From positions 1,568,001 to 1,632,000 of the forward strand of contig OZ253470.1 of the NCBI GenBank assembly GCA_965261735.1: a stretch of 64,000 bases of DNA, given 5' to 3'. This document shows positions 21,367 through 31,791 of the stretch, in pieces. A program made the position numbers and the translations under genes. Source of the DNA: Alphaproteobacteria bacterium (GTDB taxonomy: Bacteria > Pseudomonadota > Alphaproteobacteria > SHVV01). Position 1 is the first letter of the stretch. Every line of letters begins with the position of its first letter. Below the pieces are notes generated by a model. It was not told the origin of the DNA, did no database searches, and saw only the letters and a program-made list of their open reading frames with translations.

Positions 21367-23658
21367 CTACCATCGCGCGCCGCTTGCTGGGTCAGCAGCC
21401 GGAAGAGAGAGAGCAACCCCGCTGCCTGCATTGCCGACACTCGGTTCGCCGAGCCACTCGTTGAGCTTCGACCAGCGCCGCCGTCCCGAGACATTGCGCA
21501 CGGCAATGGCCACCGCCTTCTTTTGTCCGACCAGCACGACCAGCCGCTTGCCGCGCGTCACGCCGGTGTAGAGCAGGTTCCGCTGGAGCATCGCGTAGTG
21601 CTGCGTCAGGACGGGGATGACGACCGCGGGATACTCCGAGCCCTGGCTCTTGTGAATCGTCGCGGCGTATGCCGGAACCAGGGTGTCGAGTTCGCCGAAA
21701 CCATAGGTGAGCGCGCGCCCGTCGAAACGTGCGGTCAGTTCGCCTTCATCGGGATCGACATCGTCGACATAGCCGATGTCACCGTTATAGACCTCCTTGT
21801 CGTAGTCGTTTTCTATCTGCATCACCTTGTCGCCGGGCGCGAAGGTCCAGCCGAAGCGCTCGACCTTGCGCTCGCCGGCGGGATTGAGGGCGGCCTGAAG
21901 CTCGATGTTGAGCGAGCGGGCGCCGGCGCCGCCGCGGTTCATCGGGCACAACACCTGAATGTCGCGCACCGGGTCGAGCCCGAAGCGCTTCGGGATGCGC
22001 GTCCTTACCAACTCGATGATCATAGGGACCGCGGTTTCCGGATCGTCCGCCTGCACGAAGTAGAAGTCGCTGTCGCCCTCGGGTTTGGAAAGATTGGGAA
22101 TGGCGCCCCGGTTGATCCCGTGCGCGCTGGTGACGATCCGGCTTCGCGCCGCCTGACGGAATACCTCGGTCAGCCGCACGACGGGGACCGCGCCGGAAGC
22201 GATGATGTCGGCCAGCACCTGGCCCGGACCGACCGACGGTAGTTGGTCGATGTCGCCGACGATCAACAGAGCGGCTTCGTCGGGAACCGCCATCAGCAAT
22301 GCCCGCATCAGCATGACATCCACCATCGAGGTCTCGTCGACGACCAGAAGCCCGCAGTCGAGCGGATTGTCGGCGTTGCGCTTGAATCCCCCGCCCCTGG
22401 GATCGACCTCAAGCAGCCGATGGATCGTCATGGCCTCGAACCCGGTGGCCTCCGTCATTCGTTTGGCGGCACGGCCGGTCGGCGCGCAGAGCAGCAAGGT
22501 CACGCCCTTGGCGTCCAGGATGCGCAGGATGGCGTTGACGATGGTCGTCTTGCCCACGCCCGGCCCGCCGGTGATGACCATGGCCTTGGAGTTCAGGGCC
22601 AGGCGAACCGCATCGGCCTGGCTCGCCGCAAGCGACAGGCCGGTCTTTCCCTCGACCCACGGTAGCGCCTTTGCGGCATCGATATCCGGCCAGGGGAGCC
22701 TGCCGCCCGCGATCTTCATAAACCGTTCGCCGATCGCCCGTTCGGCCCGGTACAGGCCACCAAGGAATATACAGGGCGTTCCGGCGACCGTGTCCGCGAC
22801 AACCGTTCCCTCGGCCAGTTCGAAGTCCAGAGCGGTTTGAACCAACTCATTCGGGACTTCCAGCAATTCAACGGAGAGCGGCGCAAGCTCTTCGGCGGGA
22901 AGGCCGCAATGGCCGTCGTCCATCGCCTCGGTCAGCGCATGGGAAATCCCCGCGCGCACCCGGATCATTGCTGTTTTCTCGATGCCGAGCTTCATGGCGA
23001 TCGCGTCGGCGGTCTTGAACCCGATGCCGCGAATGTCGCGGGCAAGGCGGTACGGGTTCTCGGTCATGACCTGAACGGCATCCACGCCGTAGGTCTTGTA
23101 GATCCGCACCGCCCGCGCCGTGCCGACGCCATGGCTGTGCAGGAACACCATGATCTCCCGGATGACCTTCTGCTCGGCCCAGGCGTCGGTGATGCGTTTG
23201 GCGCGCACCCGGCCGATGCCGGTTACCTCGCGCAGCCGTTCCGGCTCCGCCTCGATGATGTCGAACACCTTCTCGCCAAACGCCTTGACCATCTTCCCGG
23301 CATAGACCGGCCCGATGCCGCGGATCATGCCGGAGCCGAGGTATTTCTCGATGCCCTCGATCGACGAGGGCTCCGAGGTGCGCATGAAGCGCGCCTTGAA
23401 CTGCTGACCATGGGTGCGGTCGTTGATCCATTCCCCCGATGCGGTTATCCACTCCCCGGCCGAGACCATGGCAGCGTGGCCGACGACCGTGACCAGATCG
23501 CGATGGCCCCGGGCCTTTGTTCTCAGAACGCAGAACCCGTTATCGGGATTGTGGAACGTCACACGCTCGACCAGGCCGGCCAGAACCTCTCGGTTCGGCG
23601 ATGGCCCGAGCGGGTTCGCCGGCCGATCTTTCACGCCACCGGCAAGATTCGGCGTCAT
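21367..23658 (-). CDS. recD2: ATP-dependent RecD2-like DNA helicase
   Basis: VERVTFHN, HhH repeats GIG, TGGPGVGKTT, VVDETSM, TIHKSQGSE. Confidence 0.93.
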   Translation of the reverse strand: MTPNLAGGVKDRPANPLGPSPNREVLAGLVERVTFHNPDNGFCVLRTKARGHRDLVTVVGHAAMVSAGEWITASGEWINDRTHGQQFKARFMRTSEPSSIEGIEKYLGSGMIRGIGPVYAGKMVKAFGEKVFDIIEAEPERLREVTGIGRVRAKRITDAWAEQKVIREIMVFLHSHGVGTARAVRIYKTYGVDAVQVMTENPYRLARDIRGIGFKTADAIAMKLGIEKTAMIRVRAGISHALTEAMDDGHCGLPAEELAPLSVELLEVPNELVQTALDFELAEGTVVADTVAGTPCIFLGGLYRAERAIGERFMKIAGGRLPWPDIDAAKALPWVEGKTGLSLAASQADAVRLALNSKAMVITGGPGVGKTTIVNAILRILDAKGVTLLLCAPTGRAAKRMTEATGFEAMTIHRLLEVDPRGGGFKRNADNPLDCGLLVVDETSMVDVMLMRALLMAVPDEAALLIVGDIDQLPSVGPGQVLADIIASGAVPVVRLTEVFRQAARSRIVTSAHGINRGAIPNLSKPEGDSDFYFVQADDPETAVPMIIELVRTRIPKRFGLDPVRDIQVLCPMNRGGAGARSLNIELQAALNPAGERKVERFGWTFAPGDKVMQIENDYDKEVYNGDIGYVDDVDPDEGELTARFDGRALTYGFGELDTLVPAYAATIHKSQGSEYPAVVIPVLTQHYAMLQRNLLYTGVTRGKRLVVLVGQKKAVAIAVRNVSGRRRWSKLNEWLGEPSVGNAGSGVALSLPAADPASGARW

Positions 23659-26069
23659 CCTGTTCGATCCAACTCGGCCAATCGTTCGATCAACCGTGTC
23701 TTGCGTTCGTGCCGTAGCCGAAGCGCGTTCAGGTGACCGGAGAAGGTCGCCATCGCATCGTCCTCCTCGGCCAATGCCCGCAAGTCGACAAGCAAGGCTG
23801 TCGCACGGTCGTAACCATTGGCGTTACGCTTCTCGATCTCGCTTTCGATCTCGCGCCACACGTCCTTCCCCCGCAGCCTGAGGACATCAAGACGCGCACG
23901 CCGCGCCTCCTCCGTCTCGCGTTCCCGACGCACCCGCTCGGCCTCTCGCCGTTCCACTTCGGCGGCCTCGCGCCCCTCGCGGATCGCCGCCGCGCGGACA
24001 CGCAGAGCGGATACCGTCCGAAGGCCCGCCTGCATGCCTCCGGCCGCCGGCGGTACAGCCTCTCGGACACGATTGCGAACCTCCGCCGCCACATGAGGGT
24101 CGCCCTCGGCGAGGCGATGAAGCAACGCCGCCTTCTCGGCTGCCGGGATGGCCGCAACAGCGGCACGGATAGCTTCGGACGAAAGCGCCTGACTTGCGGC
24201 ATTGGCGGCCGCTTCGGCGGCCGCCTGCACGAGATCGGAGTCGATGCGGAAGAAGCCGGCGAAGGCTTCGAGGCCGCCGGTCAGAGGGCCGATGCCCGGA
24301 ATCGGCTCCCGTTCTTCGTCCCGCAGGCTCCCGTTGTCCACTGCCGCGAGCCAGATGAGATAAGGCAGGCGCCAGTCACCAGAAATCAGTTCGGCCCGCA
24401 GTGGCGCCAGCGCGCCGAGCCAACCGGAGCCGTCGTCCCAGTCATCGTATTCGGGCGGATCGCAGTCGTCGTAAATGTCGAGGATCAGATACTCACCCAA
24501 CTCCATGACTTCCGCCAGATCGCCGCCGCGCAGGAAGACGTCGAGCCGGGTGCGGTCGACAAGCCGTTTAGGCAGCCGGATCATCAGCCGGCGCGTTCCC
24601 CAGTTGGCGAGATAGAGATGCAGGTCGAACCAGCGCTCCATGAGTCGCTGCGGATCGCCCTTGAAGTCGCCCCATTCATAGTGATTGGTGAAACTCGTGG
24701 CCGTAATCCGCGCCCGCGTCGACAACGTCCGCAGCGCTTCCCTGTCCGCCTCGCCGAGCGGGCGGCCGGCGATGAATTGATGGAGCTTGAAGGCGAATAG
24801 CGGCTCGCCGTTTCCATCGGGTACACCGCGCAAGTTCTCCGGCGTGCTGAAGCCGATCAGGGCGTTCCGGAGAGCCACCGCGCAGTCTTCTTCGGAAAGC
24901 CCGCAATCCGCTGCCAGCGCTGCAGCAGCCCGCTCACGCGAAACGGGGCTCGCCCGCTCGGGCTTGTGATCGACATTCTTCAAGCCGATCCGTGTCTCGA
25001 TCCAGATGGCCAGATCGTCCTGCGCCAGATCGACGTTCGTGCGCCCGTGGCCGACATTGCCCTTCAGGGCGGCCTCGACCGCCGCCGCGAGCCCGGGCAA
25101 TTCGCGTTCGCCGCTCCTGGACGCGTCGGTCACACGGCGGAGCGTTTCCGTAACGACCGCGTCCGCCCCGATCCGGGCACTGAAGATTTTCGAGGCAACT
25201 TGGGCTACCGCGGCGTTCTTCTCTTCCGTGTCGCCCTCGCTTGCCATGGTCGCGGATGTGCCGACGCAGACCGGCGGGTGCTTCGGATCGCCGATCCGCG
25301 CTTTGAGGCGGCGCATCAGCATCGCCACGTCCGCGCCCTGGCGCCCGCGGTAGGTGTGCAACTCATCGAGCACGACGAACCGCAGGCCGCGGCAGTTCTC
25401 GATGACCTTCCGGTCGAGATCGTTCTGCCGCGTCATCAGCAGTTCGAGCATCATGAAGTTGGTGAGCAGGATGTCCGGCGGGTTGTTCTTGATGCGCTCG
25501 CGTTCGTCGGCGCCTTCCTGGCCGGTGTATCGCGCGAAGGTTGGAGTATGGGGGTGGCCCGCACCGAGATAGCGCCGCAGCTCTTCCATCTGGCTGTTGG
25601 CAAGCGCGTTCATCGGATAAATGACGATGGCGCGGGTTCTGGGAGCGTCACCCGCTTTCCGCGCCTTGATCGCGGCGTCGATGATGGGAATGAAGAAACA
25701 CAGCGACTTCCCCGAGCCGGTGCCGGTCGTGACGGCGTAACTCTGATTGCTCAGGGCATAGCCGACCGCCTGTTGTTGGTGCTTGCGGAGCTTGAGCGTT
25801 CGATCCCGGTCGCTGCCGGAGACGGAGAGGTCCCGAAACACTTCAGCGCATTCCGGTTCCAGGTCGCCGGCGTCGATGAAATCCTGTATCGAGCCGCCGC
25901 CGGCGTAGTGCGGATTGAGCTGGATCAGCGGCTCTGGCCAGAATCGCTTGGCCGCGTACAGTTCATCGACCTTCGCGTTCAACTCCGGCGAGCGGATGTT
26001 GGTAAATGAACGCGCGAAAGCCTTGTAGCGATCGATGACGGTTTTATCGAGATCAAATACGTCCATCAC
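23655..26069 (-). CDS. In-frame chimera: N-half of a large DEAD/DEAH helicase (26069-~24770) fused to a conserved hypothetical protein lacking its first residues
   Basis: TGTGSGKS, LDELHTYRG, GTSAT, then abrupt switch to RPL..ADREALR.LSTRARITATSF. Confidence 0.8.
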   Translation of the reverse strand: MMDVFDLDKTVIDRYKAFARSFTNIRSPELNAKVDELYAAKRFWPEPLIQLNPHYAGGGSIQDFIDAGDLEPECAEVFRDLSVSGSDRDRTLKLRKHQQQAVGYALSNQSYAVTTGTGSGKSLCFFIPIIDAAIKARKAGDAPRTRAIVIYPMNALANSQMEELRRYLGAGHPHTPTFARYTGQEGADERERIKNNPPDILLTNFMMLELLMTRQNDLDRKVIENCRGLRFVVLDELHTYRGRQGADVAMLMRRLKARIGDPKHPPVCVGTSATMASEGDTEEKNAAVAQVASKIFSARIGADAVVTETLRRVTDASRSGERELPGLAAAVEAALKGNVGHGRTNVDLAQDDLAIWIETRIGLKNVDHKPERASPVSRERAAAALAADCGLSEEDCAVALRNALIGFSTPENLRGVPDGNGEPLFAFKLHQFIAGRPLGEADREALRTLSTRARITATSFTNHYEWGDFKGDPQRLMERWFDLHLYLANWGTRRLMIRLPKRLVDRTRLDVFLRGGDLAEVMELGEYLILDIYDDCDPPEYDDWDDGSGWLGALAPLRAELISGDWRLPYLIWLAAVDNGSLRDEEREPIPGIGPLTGGLEAFAGFFRIDSDLVQAAAEAAANAASQALSSEAIRAAVAAIPAAEKAALLHRLAEGDPHVAAEVRNRVREAVPPAAGGMQAGLRTVSALRVRAAAIREGREAAEVERREAERVRRERETEEARRARLDVLRLRGKDVWREIESEIEKRNANGYDRATALLVDLRALAEEDDAMATFSGHLNALRLRHERKTRLIERLAELDRTG

Positions 26070-26208
26070 AGGCTCTCGGCGAAAGCGGTTCGCGCAGGCC
26101 GCTTTCGTAGAATTGTCCGTCGGTCTTGCGGCCGGCGTGCCGATGGATCGTCATCAAGGCTGAGGCGTTTCAGCATCCCCTGGAGCGGTGCTTTGCGGAT
26201 GACGCCCA

Positions 26209-27390
26209 TCAGGCTTTTTCCTGTCCTTCGAACCGCCCAAGCATCTCGCCCAGAGCAGTCAGCGGAACCACCTCTCCGTCTCGCCGGGATTGACGATCCG
26301 AACCTCCATAGACGACAGCCCTGGCCGCGATTTGCGGAAGCGATTTCGCTACACGGCTGAGCGAATCGAACCAGTCGGAGGCGACCGTCGCGCCCGACTT
26401 GATCTCGATGGCTCCCATGCCGTTGCCATTCTCATAGAGGAGGTCGCACTCCAAACCGTGGATATCGCGGAAAAAGGACAGATTGGATCGGCGGCCCCGA
26501 TTGAAACGGTGCTTGAGGACCTCCACCACGACCGCATTCTCGAACAGCGGCCCGCGAAGCGGATGGGTGCTCAGCTGTCCGGCATGTTCGATGCCGATGA
26601 GGTGGCTCGCCAGCCCGACATCGTAGAAATAGAGCTTGGGCGTCTTGACCAGCCGCTTGCGGATGTTGGCGTGAAACGGTGGGAGCCGGAAAACGACGTA
26701 GCTTGCTTCCAGGACCGTCAGCCAATGGCCTGCCGTGGTGTGGGAGACGCCGGCATCCGCGCCCAGGGAAGAAAAATTGGCCAGTTGCCCGACGCGCCCG
26801 GCGCACAAACGGACAAACCGGCGGAAGTTTGCGAGATTGCGGATCTCCCCGATCCGGCGCACATCGCGCTCAACATAGGTCTCGAAATAGTCGCCGAGCG
26901 CCTGCCGGGGGTCAAGCTTTCGGTCGTGAATCCGGGGATAGAAGCCGGAATACAGGATGTCGTCGATGCTGTCACTCGCGCCCGTCCGCTGGCGTTCGGC
27001 AAGCGAGAACGGCAGCAGGCGGAGCAATGCCGTGCGCCCGGCGAGCGATTGGCTTATGGCATCGGAGAGCCGGAACTGCTCGCTGCCCGTCAGCACGAAG
27101 AGGCTGTTCCGTCCCAATTCGTCGGCCAATACCTGCAGGTAGGACAGGAGTTCGGGGACGCGCTGAATCTCATCCAGGATGGCGCCTTCGCCCAAACGTG
27201 CAAGAAAGCCCCTTGGATCGGATTCGGCGAATTCCCGCTGGTCGGGCGCTTCCAGATTGACGTATTCGAGATGCGGGAAGGCCGCGCGGCACAGCGTGGT
27301 TTTGCCGGACTGCCTTGGACCGGTCACGGTGACAAATGGATACTGCTCGAACAGCCCGGTCAGGCAGGGGGTAATCTCGCGCTCAATCAT
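26209..27390 (-). CDS. AAA_14 ATPase with DUF4143 domain
   Basis: GPRQSGKTT, LDEIQ, LTGS, LAGR, PKLYF.DVG, E.D....IEIK. Confidence 0.92.
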   Translation of the reverse strand: MIEREITPCLTGLFEQYPFVTVTGPRQSGKTTLCRAAFPHLEYVNLEAPDQREFAESDPRGFLARLGEGAILDEIQRVPELLSYLQVLADELGRNSLFVLTGSEQFRLSDAISQSLAGRTALLRLLPFSLAERQRTGASDSIDDILYSGFYPRIHDRKLDPRQALGDYFETYVERDVRRIGEIRNLANFRRFVRLCAGRVGQLANFSSLGADAGVSHTTAGHWLTVLEASYVVFRLPPFHANIRKRLVKTPKLYFYDVGLASHLIGIEHAGQLSTHPLRGPLFENAVVVEVLKHRFNRGRRSNLSFFRDIHGLECDLLYENGNGMGAIEIKSGATVASDWFDSLSRVAKSLPQIAARAVVYGGSDRQSRRDGEVVPLTALGEMLGRFEGQEKA

Positions 27391-27789
27391 GGGCGCACCG
27401 TAGTGTGGCGATGATGTAATTGCAAACCACACTTGCAATCAATGCGAAAAGCGCTCAGTTATGAGTGGCCTCTCTGCCACCGGCGTAATGGCGCTGGGCT
27501 CTACAGGGCAGGCCCAGAAATACCCAATCCGGGTTGTGAACAGCCGCTTGCAAATCTTCTTGAGAAGGCCGTTCGATGGTCAGTCCGTTCGTTACTGCCT
27601 TCGCAAAAAGCAGATCGAGCGCGACCCAGATCGTCATCTTGATCTGGCATTCATAACGCACGTTTCCGGTTCGCTCTTTGGAGGATACAGGAGCATCAAG
27701 GTTTGCAGCTGCTCGACCCGGTTTTTCCCTTTCGGTTTCCCTGCGCCTTCGTATTGCCTTTTTCCGTCACGGCCCGTCGCCTTCAGGAT

Positions 27790-27953
27790 CATGCAGATGA
27801 ACGCGATTAGGCGTCCAAAGAGATAGTCGACCTGTTCGAGGAATCACAGGCCTTCCTGCGTGGTTTCGGAATGCCGGATACGAAAGCCGTTGCTGATCTT
27901 TAGAAAGCGCTGGGGACACCTTGAGTTTCAAGCTCTGGTGCGGCGTTGGATGA
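27790..27953 (-). pseudogene. Decayed Abi-like protein C-terminal remnant
   Basis: SNGFRIRHSETTQE...EQVDYLFGRL, with stops nearby; lower GC. Confidence 0.35.
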
Positions 27954-27961
27954 CGGGTCAT

Positions 27962-29395
27962 GATCGTGTCCCGCGGAGTGGTGTAAGAGCGTTGCGCTCT
28001 ACGCGGCTCCCGGCGTGTAGGGCCGGGACGTTCAGGCTGCCACGGTGGGCAGCGTGATGGGGACACCATCGCTCAGCGGAGCGATGGATTCCAGCGTCAT
28101 GTATCTCCTTGAGACGGCCCACTCGTCGTTCTGCTCGAGAAGGATGGCGCCGACGAGCCGTGTGATGGCGGCTTCGTTGGGAAAGATACCGACGACGTTG
28201 GTGCGACGCTTGACCTCGGCATGGAGCCGTTCGATCGGGTTTGTGGAGTGCAATTTCTGGCGGTGCTCCCTGGGGAAGCTCATGTAGGCGAGGACGTCGT
28301 GCTCGGCTTCGTCCATGAGAACTGCCAGCTTGGGCACCTTGGGCCTGAGCTGGTCGGCGACCTGGCGCCACTGGACCTTCGCGCTGTCGGCGTCCTCCTG
28401 GGCGAAGGCGGAGACGACGCGCCGGCCCTGGCGGCCGGCATGGGCCAGCAGGTTGCGGGCGAAGTGCACGCGGCAGCGCTGCCATGTGGCGCCGAGGATC
28501 CGGGTCGCGGCGGCCTTCAGGCCCTTGTGGTCGTCGGAGATCACCAGCTTCACGCCGCGCAGCCCGCGCCGGGCCAGCGAGCGCAGGAACTCGGTCCAGA
28601 AGGTCTCGGCCTCCGACGCGCCGATCGCCACGCCCAGGACCTCGCGGCGGCCTTGGTCGTTGACGGCCACAGCCACGGTCACCGCGACCGAGACGATGCG
28701 TCCGATCTGGCGCACCTTCACGTAGGTGGCGTCGAGCCACAGATAGGGCCAGTCGCCCTCCAGCGGTCGATCGAGGAAGCCGGTGACCTTATCGTCGATC
28801 TCGCCGCACAGCCTGGAGACCTGGCTCTTGGAGGCGCCCGACATCCCCATCGCCTGAACCAGATCGTCGACCGAGCGGGTCGACACCCCCTGGATGTAGG
28901 CCTCCTGGATCACCGCAGCCAGCGCCTTCTCGGCCATCCGCCGCGGCTCCAGGAAGCCCGGGAAGTAGCTTCCCTTCCTCAACTTCGGGATCTTCAGCTC
29001 GACCGTGCCGGCCCGCGTCTCCCAGGACCGGTCGCGGTAGCCGTTGCGATGGGTGATACGATCCGCCGAGCGCTCGCCGTGCCCGGCGCCGGTCAGGCCC
29101 TCAACCTCCAGTGCCATCAGCCGCTCGGCCGTGAAGCCGATCATCTCGCAAAGCAGATCGGCATCGGAGCTCTTCTCCAAAAGCGCGCGCAGGGTCATCA
29201 TGTCCTGGGTCATCGTGGTTCTCCTTCGGGTCAGGTTGGTTTGCACTAGCCCAACCCTAAACCGGAACCGCGATGGCCTCCGCTGTGGATAGCCGGCTTG
29301 CCTACGCCAGACTCTCGGCGGTCGCTACGGCAAGCCGCCTACCCACAGCTAACAGAGGCTCCAACAACTCCTACACCACGTCCTGGGACACGACC
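27962..29395 (-). mobile_element. IS256-family element type A, copy 1 (transposase 28032-29246)
   Basis: IRs GATCGTGTCCC/GGGACACGACC; 8-bp TSD CGGGTCAT; RNGYR, WLDATY, QRC.VHF, TNPIER. Confidence 0.96.
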
Positions 29396-29916
29396 CGGGT
29401 CATTATAATGAAGAACTTGAAGACCTCTGCCTTGTTACGCGACGTTGGTGAAATCATCTGGATTTGAAAATGCCGCTCAATGACGGCTGTTCTAGTTGCC
29501 CGGGTTGGGCCATTGCCCATGAAACCGGCGTGAGAGGGTGTAAATTTCTCCACACGCGCGGCGGCTCTGCAGCTGGAGCTTTTGTTGTTCAGCCGCCCGC
29601 TTGATTCGATGCACATATGCATCGTAGCCGCGCGCCGATTGCGGCGCGCCTGGGGATGGAGATTCTCGAATGCGTCGAGATCCTCGCGCCCGATGCCGCT
29701 GTGTTCGGGGAGCAGAGAGGCGAAGTCGCCCGGCCTGGTGCGGAAAGTATCGGCCTGTTTCAACAGCACAGTGTGGTCCTGAACGACGGCTATCGCGATT
29801 TCGTCGCCAGCACGATCAGGCCGGACTAGCTAGATACGCATGCTCCAATGCCGGCCCTTGCTCTGCTGCTGCCTTTCAGCCTTGTGCTCGGCGCGCTGTT
29901 GCCGCAACTCCCGGAG

Positions 29917-30105
29917 CTACGGAATTTCGCTATCAACCACCGTCGCGGCGGTTTCGGCGGCAGGCACGGTCTTGCCGTTTATCGCCGGCGCGCCGTTGCC
30001 GTTCGGCTTGTCCAAGAATTGGACCCGGCCGCCGGGGACCAGAAGGATCTCGGTCGAGAACCGGTCGCTGTCCTCGCCGTCCTTGCGCCACTTGCGGGTC
30101 CTTGC
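29917..30105 (-). pseudogene. ssb: Single-stranded DNA-binding protein C-terminal fragment
   Basis: RTRKW.KDG..DRFSTEI, acidic tip DSEIP* (terminal Phe lost). Confidence 0.75.
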
Positions 30106-30546
30106 GCGGTGGGATGACGGCCGTGGTTCCGCGTTCTGCCAGCCAGTCGCGCAGGGCTTTGCTGTCATAGCCCTTGTCGGCGACGAGTTCGGCGGCGGGC
30201 GGCATGGCTTCGATACAGCGTTGGGCGACCTTGGAATCATGGACGTTTCCTGGTGTCAAGAGCAGGACGAGGGGCCTGCCTTTCGCATCGCAGACAGCGT
30301 GGAGCTTGGTGTTGCGGCCCCCCTTGGTGCGGCCGATGCCATGGGCCAAGGCCCCCCTTTTCCGCCGCCGGCGCAGCGATGAACCTTGATGCAGGTTGAA
30401 TCGATGAACAGCCGGTCGGGGGCGTCTTCGCCGCCCGCCAGCGCGCTGAATATCCGTTCCCAGATGCCGCGCGTATCCGTCGGCAAAAGCGGCCCAATCC
30501 GAGCCCATTGCGCATCCGAAAACCAAAAGAAATCCGACATTTCCAT
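30100..30546 (-). pseudogene. IS5-family (IS427 group) two-ORF transposase, internally deleted and truncated
   Basis: SDAQW.RI.PLLP, IDST.IKVHR.A.GGKGG frameshift site, GRTKGG.NTKLH, ADKGYDS. Confidence 0.85.
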
Positions 30547-30993
30547 CGCCTCCGGGAGCCAAGGTTCTCACGCCGCGAGTCGACGCCCTGAGCAGTTCAG
30601 CCGTTCACCACCTCAATTCGTCCGGGCCAGCACGGGTTGTCGGAGTTGTCGGAACGGTTGTAAAGGTTCGGTCGGGCCGGTATAGGGCGCGAAGGCGTCG
30701 TGGAATCGGATCCAGCGGGCGATCGGGATCTCCTGGAGGAGTGTCTCCGTTTAACGGATATTCCGATTTTGACACCGGTGTCAATTGCGACTGAAAATTT
30801 CCCACTTTTGTCGATCGAAAATTTCTCACTTTGAGCGTTCGGTCGTACCCCCAGACGCGGTGTTTGGGGTGTCGGACTTGGTCGAGCTGTAGGTAACCGG
30901 GTTGGCGCAGCGACCGCCAAGAGTCTGGCGGCGACAACCCGGTTATCCACAGCGGGCGGGTGTCACCGCTCCTGTCTCCGTTTGAGCCGGCGA

Positions 30994-31791
30994 TCACGCG
31001 GCGGCTCTTTTCCTGCGTCGATCCGAGCCGGACTGCAGCAGGTTCTGATGCTCCTTCATCCGGTAGCTGTTGCCCCGGATGTTGACGATGTGGCAGTGGT
31101 GCACAAGGCGGTCGATGAGAGCCGCCGCCATGACCTCGTCGCCGAGCACGCCACCCCAGTCCTCGAAACCCTTGTTCGACGTCAGCACAGTCGACGCCCT
31201 CTCGTGCCGGGCGTTGATGAGCTGGAAGAAGAGCACGGCGCCGTCCTGGTTGACCGGCAGGTAGCCGATCTCGTCGACCACCAGCAGGGCCGGATGGGTG
31301 AGCACGCGCAGCCGCCGGGTCAGATTGCCGGCGGCCTTGGCCTCGGTGAGGGACTCGATCAGCGCCGCGAGCGTGCCGTAGTAGACGCGCCGGCCGGCCT
31401 CGGCCGCCGCGATCGCGAGGCTGATCGCCAAGTGCGTTTTCCCGACGCCTGGTGGGCCGAGCAGGATCACGTTCTCGCCGCGGTCCAGGAAGCCGAGCTC
31501 GTGCAAGCTCTCGATCTGCTCGCGCTTGATGCTGGGCTGGAAGGCGAAGTCGAACTGATCGAGCGTCTTCACAGCCGGCAGCCGCGAAGAGCGCATGGCG
31601 GTCTGGAGACGGCGGTTGTTGCGCAGCACGATCTGGGCGTTCAGCAACTGCTCGATGGCCTCGGCCGCCGAGATCGTGCCGCCGTCGGCGTCCGAGAGGA
31701 TGCCGTCGACGGCCTCCAGCGCGCCCGGCATCTTGAGGTCCGCCAGCATTGCCCGCAGCCGGTCGCGCCGGGCCGGCGCCGGAGCGTTCAT
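30994..31791 (-). CDS. istB: IS21 helper AAA+ ATPase
   Basis: GPPGVGKTHLA, VVDEIGY, IDRLVHH, GNSYR. Confidence 0.95.
   Translation of the reverse strand: MNAPAPARRDRLRAMLADLKMPGALEAVDGILSDADGGTISAAEAIEQLLNAQIVLRNNRRLQTAMRSSRLPAVKTLDQFDFAFQPSIKREQIESLHELGFLDRGENVILLGPPGVGKTHLAISLAIAAAEAGRRVYYGTLAALIESLTEAKAAGNLTRRLRVLTHPALLVVDEIGYLPVNQDGAVLFFQLINARHERASTVLTSNKGFEDWGGVLGDEVMAAALIDRLVHHCHIVNIRGNSYRMKEHQNLLQSGSDRRRKRAAA

Noticed and set aside
21367-27390. Intact novel defence operon (AAA-DUF4143, helicase, RecD2)
   Set aside because: The helicase is half-deleted, and the adjacency is best explained by a deletion joining two loci.
30779-30840. Repeated AAATTT motifs as a CRISPR array or iterons
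   Set aside because: They are IS21 subterminal repeats mirrored at 32880-32932; no spacers or cas genes.
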